In this document: one piece after another, positions 10,619-21,364 of the stretch | How positions within the stretch are numbered: the stretch's first letter is position 1 | Layout of the letters: each line of letters starts with the position of its first letter | NCBI RefSeq assembly: GCF_001194135.2 | Contig: NC_068992.1 | Coordinates: forward strand, 41,513,561 to 41,552,448 | Length of the DNA: 38,888 nt | Origin: Octopus bimaculoides | Lineage: Eukaryota | Direction of reading: 5' to 3' | The notes under the pieces: model-generated | The model's database searches: none | Told to the model about the DNA's origin: nothing | The model's input: the letters and a program-made list of their open reading frames with translations, nothing else | Program-made: the position numbers and the translations under genes

Positions 10619-10758
10619 TTAGTTTATTATAAATGCAAAACAACACCACAGAGGAATCAACGTAAGCTTAAATAATTAACCGCGATAGGTGAAACCGTGA
10701 TAGGTGAACCGCGATATGGCGAGGGATTACTGTGTATCAATATTTATGTATTTATTCT

Positions 10759-10967
10759 AAGACAGCAAATTCGCAGAATTGTTAGTACGCCAGACAAAAT
10801 GGTTTGCGGAATTTCGTTCGTCTTTACGTTTTCAGTTCAAATTCCACTGAGGTCGACTTAGCCTGTCTCTCGGAGTCGATAAAATAATTACCAGCGGAAA
10901 TCTGGTGATAGATATCATAGACTTAACCTTCTCTTAAAATCGATATTCTTGTGCCAAAATTTGAAGC
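10759..10967 (+). mobile_element. Family A SINE with 17-bp target-site duplication
   Basis: Full head and central block. CAATATTTATGTATTTA occurs at both 10738-10754 and 10968-10984. Confidence 0.9.
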
Positions 10968-10984
10968 CAATATTTATGTATTTA

Positions 10985-11312
10985 CATTGGCATTCCGTCA
11001 ATTACGATGACGAGTGTTCTAGTTGATGTGATCCACAGAAGAGCCTGCTCCTGAAAGTAGCGACGAAGTGGCTGAGCACTTCACAAACACGTGTACCCTT
11101 AATATAGTTCTCAGGGAGATTCAGCGTAACACAGAATGCGATAAGGCTGGCCCCTCTGAATTATAGGTGGAACTCATGTTTGCCAGCTGAGTGGAATGGA
11201 ACAAGAGGAAATAAAGTGTCTTGCTTAAGGACACAATGTGCCTCCGGGAATCGACCCCACGACCTTATGATCCCAAGCCGCTTACCCCAAGCATTAAGCC
11301 ACGAGCCTTCAC
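10985..11312 (-). mobile_element. tRNA-derived SINE, family C
   Basis: Minus strand: GTGAAGGCTCGTGGCTTAATG...GGGGTCGATTCCCGG (A/B boxes), then TTGTGTCCTTAAGCAAGACACTTTATTTC...CCACTCAGCTGGCAAA central block. Confidence 0.8.
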
Positions 11313-11432
11313 TATGTATTTATGCAGAGACTAGCGAACAGCCAAGTTTTATTATGGGAGCTAATATAAGGGTGTTCAGCCATTATGTGGAGGAAACGGC
11401 ATGTAACACTCTCATTAGCCGTAACATTCTCA

Positions 11433-14060
11433 TTAGCACAACATTCGTGCAACATGCTTCCATCTCTTTTGGAACGTACACTCCGACAGATATCCCTTCT
11501 CCAGCCACACTTTCCTTTTTCAAATGAAAAGTGAAAAATGAACGTAAATTGTGGCCAGAGATAAAGTTGCCTGTCTTAATTCCTTTTATCCTAGTCTTCC
11601 ATACTGCCTTTTTCGCTATTGCTACAACCGTGAGAAAACAATTCTTACATACGTTTGTTAAAATTCCGGTGGGTCAATTTTTATAATTGACTCAGCCGAC
11701 AGCTGTACCTTTCCTTCGCCGGACAACAGGTGTTCAGCATAAGCCCACCTTTCAGATATCTCCGCACACTGAACAACAGCGTGAGGGACGGTTTCCCTGA
11801 CTCCTCCGCATCTTGGACAGGTCGGTGACTGACACTTACCGTATCTTGCGAATTTATCCCAAATAGGCAAGGCACCTCTGTAGCATTGCCAGGTTAAGGA
11901 CTTTTGGAAGTTATCCAACGTCCTCAATCCCAATGTACGGGGAAACAGGCTGTCCAGTTGAATAAACCCGAGACCTAGAGTCGCCCACAGGCCATCGTCG
12001 AATTCAGACTCTACCAACCAACTATATAAAATCCGAGTGGAACCCCCACCGCTGGCGTTGACCGAGCGCCGGAATAGAAGGAGGGCGTTACGGCACTCTT
12101 TATGCCATTCACTCGACCTCGGTCTACGAGAACACCAGGCTTCCTGTTCACAAAAACTTTTGAACTCGGGGAACATTTGTCTGGCCAGCGGAGACCACAC
12201 CCGTTCACTGTCCAGGAGAATCCAGAGGTGCCTCAATCTCAACGCATGCCTGCGCATCATTAACCAAGGCATCCCTAAACCTCCCTTTAAAGGATTTTGA
12301 CAGCAGGCAGAGCGTTTCACAAGTGGCGACCTGCCCTTCCACAAAAAGCGAAAGAGCTGTCTCTCCAACCTGATCAACCACGAATCCGGACAGGGCACGA
12401 CGGTCAGGCGGTAGGTAATGACCGATGCGATAAACACATTGGCCACCTCCGCCCTTCCTTTCATGGATAGCCACCGCCAAGACCTGGTCTTGACTACTGC
12501 AGCCACCCTGCTCAATACCTCCATCCAGTTCTTCACTATTTGGAGGCTTGGTCCAAACCAAACGCCCAGCAACTTAACCGATCCCTCTGTCCAGCGCCCA
12601 ACAACGCTGTCTGAACGCATTGACTTGGCAACCCAGGTGCCGAGTTGCAAGCCGACCGACTTTTGCCGGTTAATCTTTGCTCCTGCTACCTCCTCGTAAG
12701 CCTTACTCGTAAGCCTTACCCACTCCACGTAGGCGTGCTACTGAGGTTACGCTGATAGTGATATCATCCGCGTAAGCCGTAACAAACGCCTCTAGACCTG
12801 GTTCTCTCGGAATGCCACTCAACCTTCGCAGTAGGGGCTCCAGAGCCACCACGTACAGAAGCGGTGAGAGCAGACATCCTTGACGTACCGAGCGTCTTAT
12901 GTAGAAAAGCTTCGAAAGGAAAACGTTCACCCGAACTATCGAGTCAATGTTGTGGTAAAACGCAATAAACCACCTGAGGAATCCAAGGCCCAAACCGAAC
13001 CGCGCAAGTACAGTCGCCAGGTATCGACGGTCAACCCTATCAAAAGCTTTAGACTGGTCCAAATGTGCCAGTGCACCACCTTTGCCAGATTTATTACCAA
13101 CCCTATCTATGGTATAGCGGGTAAGATGGAGGGTATCCTGAATGGTTCTGCCTGGGATGGTACATGTCTGTGCCTACCCGACTATACCATTCGCGACACG
13201 CGCCAATCTTTTCGCTAAGACCATGACCAAAAAAATGTTCACTTCTGCGTTTAACAGAGTGATGGGCCGGAATATCTCTATAACGTCCCCCTTCTCCGGG
13301 TCCTTTCTGACCAACGTCACTACTCCCCGGTGCACAGATCTGGGGATAAACCCATTCTGTTGCCAGTTAGCGTAAACGTCAGTCAGTAGTTGCCCGAACA
13401 AGTCTGGCATACATTTATACAGCTCGTACGGAAGACCATCAAGTCCCGGTGACCTACCCGCTTTACTTTCGGTCAAAGCCTCCATCACCTCCCCAGGCGT
13501 GATTGGCCCTTCGCAAGACTCCGAATCCGACCCCGAGAGACCCGGCAGACCGGCAAGAAAGTCCTCGAGGGCTCTCCCACAATCAGGACCGCCGTCACCT
13601 CCGAACAGCTGGGCGAAGTACTCCCGAAAGGCCTCACACATTTTCTCGGGTTCGTTTACCAAGACGCCATTATGATTCGTCAAAGACCTTATAGTGGAAC
13701 TATTTCCTTGCCGAGCTTCGACCCCTCGGGCCCATCCAGCGGCCTTGATTCCTTCACTTCCCATCGCACGTGACTTAGCTCTAGTAATACTTCCCATGTG
13801 TTGAGCTTCAAGATGCTGGGGTAACTCCAGTCTTTTCACCTTCGCTTGGTCCGCATTACCAGTCCTCCAGGCTTCTTCTAATTCCTTAACTAAACCATCT
13901 CGTATTCTACGTCCCTTCTTAGCTAAACTTATGCTAAACCTAATAGACTCATATCTGATGACTCTTTTTAGGGCATACCACCATTTGTTATTAATGATGG
14001 TACCTGTCAATGCCCTCTGATACAAGGTCAGAGGTGGCAGGTCTTGAAAAATAGATTCGT
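11433..14060 (-). pseudogene. Tx1-type ORF2 (reverse transcriptase and zinc finger), disrupted
   Basis: Motifs SPGLDGLPYELY, FRPITLLNAE, LDQSKAFDRV, VRQGCLLSPLLY, AYADDI, KLLGVWFG, GGLG, CPRCGGVRETVPHAVVQC and C-terminal FQKRW. Lesions: TAG at 13174-13176, a 13-bp tandem duplication CTCGTAAGCCTTA at 12693-12718, and frameshifts near 11660 and 11520. Confidence 0.93.
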
Positions 14061-14114
14061 TTTAAGTCTAGTCTCATTGCTGACGCAGACTTTCTGTAAG
14101 TATTAAAAAAAATA

Positions 14115-15255
14115 TTACGTCATTTTTTCCATTTCATAAAATTCATAATTTTTTAATTTGTCCGACAGTTTTGCTATTCTGGTTGCTGATTTTTTAATTT
14201 TATTTCTCTCGTTAAATCTTCATTTTTAGTATGTAGTGCCACAATTTCTCTGTCCGCTACTTCTTTCCTTGTTTTTGGTTGGACTCTTTTTGCTGTCTTT
14301 TTTGGTCGTTGTTCTGTTGGCTTTGGTTGGTTTTCGTTTTCTATTTTTCTTTTGCCAGTAACTTTCTTTTCTGTTTCATTTTCTTTTTATTCGTCCTCAT
14401 CTTCCGATTCCTCCACGCCTTCCTTACAGTATTTTTTTTATATGGCCAAGCTGGCCACACAGGCAACATCGGGGTTTACCTCCCTCGACAAAAACGTTGA
14501 GGAACTCATCCCAAACTTCTATATTTTCTGGAAGCTGTTCTAATACAGCTTGTTCCGTTTGTATAATGAGGTGGACCGTGTGGCCGGTCCAATTTGCCTT
14601 TTCAGAGACGGTAGCCTGCAGGAGTTTTATCTCCTCTAATTTTTCTGACAGGACTGCCGCCATCAACCACATAGGGTCGACTTGAGGTGGGACCTTTGGT
14701 ATTTGTATCTTGGCTGTCCTCATACCCATGTATTAAAATTACATCTTCTGTTTCCAATGATTTTATCGAGTGCATCTGTGCCGTTTCAATATTTTTTTAG
14801 GTGTACCTTGATGGTACCGAACTTTTATCCTCTGGCCAGATATGTGATATCCTGCCAGATGGGTTTCAGACATTTTTCTACCTTCTCCTCGCTTACTCGC
14901 TCAATTTTTCTATCTTTTTTACAGTATGTCTTAAACATAAATATTCGTCTGGGGGTTGAACCTTGACAACGCCGTCTTGAATTGTAATCATGTCTTTGTA
15001 CATTAATAAGTCTTTTTTATTCGTCCACAGTAGGCGAGTTCTATCTCCAGCTGCAGACGCAAAACTTTTTTTCTGTTTGCCTTTCTCTGTTTGAAGGCTT
15101 TTCACATCGATGTTCTTCCTTGCAACGGGAGTCTTCGACAATGGTGGGTATTCGATTTCGGACGAATCTGAAATATCTTTCAATAACATTTTTTCTACTT
15201 TTTTGGCCTCTAAATCTGTCGAATCCTCGTCAGACGGATACAAACCTCTTAGCAT
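14115..15255 (-). pseudogene. Tx1-type ORF1 (gag-like, zinc knuckle), disrupted
   Basis: MLRGLYPSDEDS...SFASAAG...MGMRTAKIQIPKVPPQVDPMWL...RCCLCGQLGHIKKYC (CX2CX4HX4C after a frameshift), then a Lys/Glu-rich tail. Several stops and frameshifts. Confidence 0.82.
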
Positions 15256-15419
15256 TTTGCCAGCAATTAATGTTTTCCCCCCACAGGGGAAAACACACAA
15301 TGGTTTTCGAACGAAAACTATTAAACAAATTTCAACAGCAAATACAACAGGCAATAACACAGAAACAGTCCAAAGAAACTACACTTACTATACAGACGCA
15401 CTTCAGCAATAATACTTCC

Positions 15420-15918
15420 AACTCACGGAGACGTTATATCGCTAAGCATTTCGCCCGGCGTGCTAACGTTTCTGCCAGCTCGCCATCTTTCTTTAACGTA
15501 ATATTGTTTTCAAATTTTGGCGCATCACCCAGTAATTTTGGGCGGTGGGTTACGTCTATTACATCGACTAAGGGAGGGTTCAACTGGTACTTATTTTATC
15601 GACCCCGAAAAGATAAAAAGCAAAGTCGACCTCTGCGGAATTTGGACTCAGAGCGTAAAGACGGGTGACATGTCGCTAAGTATTTACGCCGTTGATGTAA
15701 TATTGATTTCAACTTTTGGCACAAGGTTAGCAAATTTGGTGGAGGGGGAAGATCGATTACATCGATCCCAGTATGCAACTGGTACTTATTTTATCGATCC
15801 GGCAGGGATGAAAGGAAAAGTGAACTTCTGTGGAATTTGAACTCAGAACGTAAAACCGGAAGAAATGCCGTTAAATAATTTTCCAGGAGTGCTAACCATT
15901 CTGCCGTCTCGCTGCCCC
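15420..15918 (-). mobile_element. Three head-to-tail family A SINEs (15420-15490 head, 15506-15690, 15705-15918)
   Basis: Each aligns to family A. Spacers AACGTAATATT, GATGTAATATT and AACGTAATGTT. Confidence 0.88.
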
Positions 15919-15947
15919 AATCTGTAACGTAATGTTAATTATAATCT

Positions 15948-16165
15948 TCAGGCAGCGAACAGGGTAAAGTCGTTAGGAAGCCGGGAAAAAACATTAGCGG
16001 CTTTTTGTCCGTCTTCATGTTTTTCAGTTGAAATTTCACGGAAGTCGACTTGGCATGTCATCCTGTCGGAATCGATAAAATAAGTAACGGTTGAACACTG
16101 GAATCGATGTAGTCGACTTCCTCCTTCATTGAAAATACTGGCCTGGTGCCAAAATTTGAAGGCAG
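15948..16165 (+). mobile_element. Family A SINE, inverted relative to the preceding copy
   Basis: CAGGCAGCGAAC... head, GTCGACTTGGCATGTCATCCTGTCGGAATCGATAAAATAAGTA central block, GGCCTGGTGCCAAAATTTGAA tail. Confidence 0.85.
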
Positions 16166-16629
16166 TATTTATATATATATGATTTTCAAATATGAACATT
16201 ATATACATTCACTTCAGTATATTCCTTATATGATTGTAGAGTAAATATGAACATACGATACACATATGTTTCAGGTATGTTACATAGATATATGGTACTG
16301 ACAGACGAACACCAGAATTTATGATTTATCTTAACAATGCATTATAGTCTTTAAAGCGAAGCTATCAGCATAAACATTTGCTAAAAACAAACAGGAATAA
16401 ATTAACGATTTACAAACGCAATAAATTACAGAATATAATTTTCCTTAAAGTTGATTTAATGTTCATTAATTTAATCTCTATATATGTCTTGGATTGAAAG
16501 GTCTTTAAATATTAATTCATGTGGTAACTTGACCTAGGCAAGAGAAGTGGTAACTGGACATAACGTTACGCTCAGATGCTAACTTACTAATGGAGTGACA
16601 AAAAGAAATATAATATAATAAATACATTC

Positions 16630-17130
16630 TAAATTAGGCACAAAGCCGGTAATTATAAGGGGTAGGTGTTAGTCGACTTCCTCATCTAAAGTATTGCGTT
16701 CGTTCTTTATTTTTATCGACCGCGAATGGAGGAAACAAAAAGGTGATATTTAGAATTAAAACCTAATGTGCCGTAACAAATAACGCATGACGTATTATCC
16801 GAATCTTCCAATGACCAATAAAGTGTCCTTCGTAAAATGCAAGATACCCCTGTTTATCAGTACCCTCTATCTTTGACCAATCTACAGCTTATAAGTGGAA
16901 TATTGATATGCGTTTTCAATTTGAGTACAGGGCTTGAATATTCGAAGGGAAGATGATATTTGATATCAACGAATGAAATATCTGAGTTTTACTTTAGTTT
17001 ATCGACACCCAAATGATGAGAGGCAAAACTTACCTGAACAGGTGTGGAACTCCGAATGTTAACGTTCAGACTAAATACAGAAAAGTATTTTTTCCGATGC
17101 TCCAACATTTCTGCGGAAACATCTCTCTTG
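16630..17130 (-). mobile_element. Two very old family A SINE remnants (~16630-16800 and ~16915-17130)
   Basis: Residual GGCACAAAGCC, TTTTATCGACC, TTTATCGACACC...GATGAGAGGCAAA and GGAACTCCGAATG blocks. Confidence 0.55.
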
Positions 17131-17433
17131 GCATTATATTAATGGTAAACACGAAGAGTATCATAGATGCAAGGGACTTTTGAAAATATTAAATATAAAG
17201 TTTATTAGGATTAAGCATCGAAAACGCAAGGGATTAATTACGTGTTGAATTTTTTTCTTGATAAAATCATGTTACACGCTTTTCATTTATGGTGTCTGCA
17301 TTTATTATTTTGTCCAATATTTGAAACATACTACGTCACTTAAGGTATCTGAAGAATTATTCTCTAAGGGAAGAAATTGAATATTATATTGCACATATCT
17401 CTAATACATACATACATACGTACATACAAGCAC

Positions 17434-17551
<118 letters not shown>

Positions 17552-19019
17552 TAGATTAGATATGCATATGTGTAGATGACTCTAACTTTACAACGTCACC
17601 TTCATGATGATATGTACAAATATTTGAGTGACATTAAAATGTGGTGCATCTTAATGTATGATAAATATTTGGTTCCATTGTTAATGTTTTCAAATTTAAA
17701 AGCGGGTGATGGTGCAATTGAAACGGCGTTTCACCCGATTTCCTTAAACCAACAGATATATCTTTGCATATACACCCGCACGAAGTGTGTTCATAGTTTT
17801 AACGTGGCTGTCAGAACCTCAGTTAAAAAGAACGATTTTAGTAAACAACAAGCATAATATTATTGAATGAATGATTGCAGAAGTGTTTATATAACCACTC
17901 AAGCTGAAAATCGATTCTCTGAGTTACCTGATAAATATTCTTTTCACTTTGGTCTAATGGTATAGGGAACTACTTGAATTCCTCAGCTGATTGGTTGGCG
18001 ATAATTTATCAAATTTATTATTGTTACATTAGACACAACCGATTCTCCATTTGATTGTTGTATTAAAACTTGTGTTTACTGTTGCTTATCTGATACGCGG
18101 TATCTTCAACTGTAATAGATTTGCTTAGGCATTTAGTCGTATCCAATGGACAAGCAAAAATATCTCGCTATTTCCGTTGTGTACCTTTACAAGTCTTAGT
18201 GATTGCTTCACAATCCCTTCATTCTAGCTTCAAAGATATCCACGTTTAAGAAAGAAAGGAATCTCGTCTTTGCTTTACATTGTTATCTGAATCTCTTATG
18301 TTATTGATTTGTTGCAGAGACAATACGGCGATCTTCTTAGATATAAACTACTGTTCGGCAAGGAAAACATTGTTCGCGTCATCTGATATTGTTAGCTGGC
18401 TTATTTTTGTAGATTCTTCTTTAGATATTTGTTGTACAATCAATCATAATTGCTTAAGATCGTCACTGACAAAATGGCATTTTCTTATACACTAGAAAAA
18501 TACTATCAAATCTTTGGAATACATCCTGCTTCTTTCCAAATATTGGATGTGTCTTGCAATACTCTAAGTGACTTAAACAACTCCGATAAACAAGATAAAG
18601 CAAGGGAAAAGTAGCGCACTTCTCGGTTGCTATTTCTTTGTTTTAATTGTACTGATTCCAAATAACAGTTTAATGTAGAGTTATAATATACAGATTTCTA
18701 ACAAAGACACACAGACACACCTTTTGCAGGGAAAAGATAGGGCCAAGTATATAAACGGAAATGTTTATTAATGAGTAGTTGTATCGATTTTAGAAGCATG
18801 AATGGTGAAGGTGAGTTGAATTCGATGGTAATTGAAATGGGAATGTAAATAATCATAAGAAAATAGCGTATCTTGATTGATTACCTACCGATACTGTACT
18901 AATCGATCGTCTTGTGGAATTATAATTAATTGAAAATTATTCTGTAAGACTTACAATTGTTGTTCTTGTCGCTGTTATTAGAACTTCGTCGCAGCGAAGA
19001 GGGAAAAATGCCCTGGAGC

Positions 19020-19245
19020 ATTTAGTAATCTGTCAAGTCGCAACAAGCATCACAGGCGCATAATACTTTCCGTAAAATGTGCACCGTACCTAGTACGGCT
19101 GATTTTTTGTATGACACCAATCTGGCATGGTATTTCCGAGTGTTTAAAAAGTTTTGAAATTTCAATTCGATTGACCCTAAAACTCCAATCAAAACTGGTA
19201 TCACTTATATACCTCTCCTCTTCCAGTCCTGCAATCTCTATTACC
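19020..19245 (-). mobile_element. R4/Dong-like RLE retrotransposon 3' end (older copy)
   Basis: VIPVLIGVLGSI...YKKSAVLGTVHILRKVL matches the VIPVVIGALG...QKxxLLGTAxILRKVL C-terminus of RLE-bearing non-LTR elements. Confidence 0.8.
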
Positions 19246-19246
19246 A

Positions 19247-19248
<2 letters not shown>

Positions 19249-19312
<64 letters not shown>
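19249..19312. repeat. (TTA)n/(TAA)n array, about 21 units
   Basis: Direct reading. Confidence 0.97.
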
Positions 19313-19453
19313 CATTGCCTTTTCACAGCTTCTAACGCTGGAGATGTTCTCTACCAGTGAACTAATATAACACCTCTTATTTCTCAAGCACCTTCCGGAG
19401 TATTTGAGCGGTTCCAAGCAGTTCTGTTTTCTGCAAGCGCTCCACCCTTATTG
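19313..19453 (-). mobile_element. R4/Dong-like RLE retrotransposon 3' end (second copy; 5' part in the gap)
   Basis: IRVERLQKTELLGTAQILRKVLEK* (stop at 19377-19379), a short 3' UTR, then the TAA array. Confidence 0.82.
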
Positions 19454-19810
19454 NNNNNNNNNNNNNNNNNNNNNNNNNNNNNNNNNNNNNNNNNNNNNNN
19501 NNNNNNNNNNNNNNNNNNNNNNNNNNNNNNNNNNNNNNNNNNNNNNNNNNNNNNNNNNNNNNNNNNNNNNNNNNNNNNNNNNNNNNNNNNNNNNNNNNNN
19601 NNNNNNNNNNNNNNNNNNNNNNNNNNNNNNNNNNNNNNNNNNNNNNNNNNNNNNNNNNNNNNNNNNNNNNNNNNNNNNNNNNNNNNNNNNNNNNNNNNNN
19701 NNNNNNNNNNNNNNNNNNNNNNNNNNNNNNNNNNNNNNNNNNNNNNNNNNNNNNNNNNNNNNNNNNNNNNNNNNNNNNNNNNNNNNNNNNNNNNNNNNNN
19801 NNNNNNNNNN

Positions 19811-19842
<32 letters not shown>

Positions 19843-19849
19843 GGCGGCG

Positions 19850-20030
19850 CACGCTTGGCTATGTGGTGAGAAGCTTACTTCTTAACCACATGGTTCCAAG
19901 TTCAGTCCCAGTACGTTTCACCTTGGGTATGTATCTTCTATGGATCATTCAATGCCTTGTGAGTAGTTTTGATAGACAGAAACTGAAAGAAACCTGTTGT
20001 ATATATATGTACATATGTATGTGTGTATGT
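19850..20030 (+). mobile_element. Family B SINE 5' half
   Basis: TGGCTATGTGGTGAGAAGCTTACTTCTTAACCACATGGTTCCAAGTTCAGTCCCA...CACCTTGGG...GCCTTGTGAGT...GAAACTGAAAGAAACC. Confidence 0.8.
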
Positions 20031-20841
20031 CAAACACGTTGTTCAGACATCCGTGTCAATTTACCTATGTAATAAAATATGAAACACTGGATCATTTATA
20101 GTTACGTGTTTGGTAAAAAGAAAAAAAAATACTATTCTCATTTCAAATTCTGTACTGGTTTGTGCTAACCTTCATCAAGTAATGACCGATGAGGTTTTGC
20201 TAAAATATTATCATCTTTCTTTAAAATAAACCAATGATTCAAACATGGTGATAGAAATCATGTGAATTCAAAAATAAAATTAAAAAAATCATGGTGTCTT
20301 AACACCAACCGAACCCTTTTGATTTGCTAATATTTTACATGTATTTAACATGTAATAATGTATTCCATTATTTCTCTTTATACACATCACATATTTTTCT
20401 CTGTCTCATTTTTGTTGTATTTCTTTTATAAATAACATTTGTAGTAATTTAATCACTTTACGTTCTTTAATCTGTAAACGTTTCTTCCTGTCAGGTTTCA
20501 TGTCATTTCAGGTTTCCATACAATGGATATTTCAATCAGTTTTTGATAACTGCAAACCATGGCTGCTTCTGCACTTTCCTTCTCAGTGGGAATTATGTTG
20601 AGCTTTGCATAAACCACTAAACATGTTAGAAGAAAATCGCACAGAATTAACAATAAGCACTGAATAGCTCCAGGTCTATTACTATACATAGATGGGTGTT
20701 TCAGCATACGTCCATTCATATTTATTATTCCACTTATTGAATTATGTTGTCAGCCTATTTAAAAACCTTTAGAAAATTGTATTAAGGTTTACAAAAACAT
20801 CCATTACAAAATTTATTCTATTGCATTCACCCATTTCCATA

Positions 20842-21364
20842 AAGAAGCTTGCTTTTGAACCACCTGATTCCCGGTTCAGTCCCACTGCGCGGTATCTTTG
20901 GAAAGCGTCTTCTACTTTACGCCCGGGCTGACCAAAGTCTTGTGAGACGATTTGGTACTCGGAAAAAGAAACAAGTCCGTGGTATATATATATATATATA
21001 TACATATATATATAAAAACTAACTTTCTCTTTATAAATGTCCTGAAAATTCCACACAACCTTGGCTTTATAGTTTCATTTTATTTAACACACACGCGCGC
21101 GCGCATATATATATATGTGTGCGTGTGTGTATGTGACTCTGTGTGTGTGTCTTTTTGTTTGTGTTTGTCCCTCACCACCGCTTGACAACCGGTGTTGGTG
21201 TCCTTACCTTCCTCTAACTAGAGGTTCGGCAAATAGTGTTCTATAGAATAAGTACCAGTAACAGGCTTTAAAAGCAAGTACTGGGATAGCTTCGTTCGAT
21301 TAAAAGTTTTTTAGGCGGTGCCCCAGGATGGTCACAGTCTATTAACAGAAACAAATAAAAGATA
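20842..21364 (+). mobile_element. Near-complete family B SINE with internal AT/GT microsatellite
   Basis: tRNA-like head (CCCGGTTCAGTCCC), internal microsatellite, body TTTGTCCCTCACCACCGCTTGACAACCGG, tail GGCGGTGCCCCAGGATGG...GAAACAAATAAAAGATAA. Confidence 0.88.

Larger units (their letters stand above)
9016..10732. mobile_element. Tigger/pogo-type non-autonomous DNA transposon with nested insertions
   Basis: Perfect 13-bp TIRs: CAGTAATCCCTCG (9016-9028, preceded by TA) and CGAGGGATTACTG (10720-10732). Subterminal GCGA(C/T)AGGTGAA motifs occur at both ends. Confidence 0.8.
11345..15410 (-). mobile_element. L1/Tx1-clade LINE (ORF1 plus endonuclease-less ORF2 and short 3' UTR)
   Basis: ORF1 with CCHC knuckle, ORF2 with RT and C-terminal CxxC...H...C finger, AATAAA near 11348-11353. 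Confidence 0.92.

Noticed and set aside
12037-15668. Plus-strand ORFs overlapping the LINE
   Set aside because: Antisense shadows of Tx1 ORF1/ORF2 or SINE sequence.
17900-18620. Coding-like AT-rich stretch (possible transposase remnant)
   Set aside because: Stops in all frames and no diagnostic motif.
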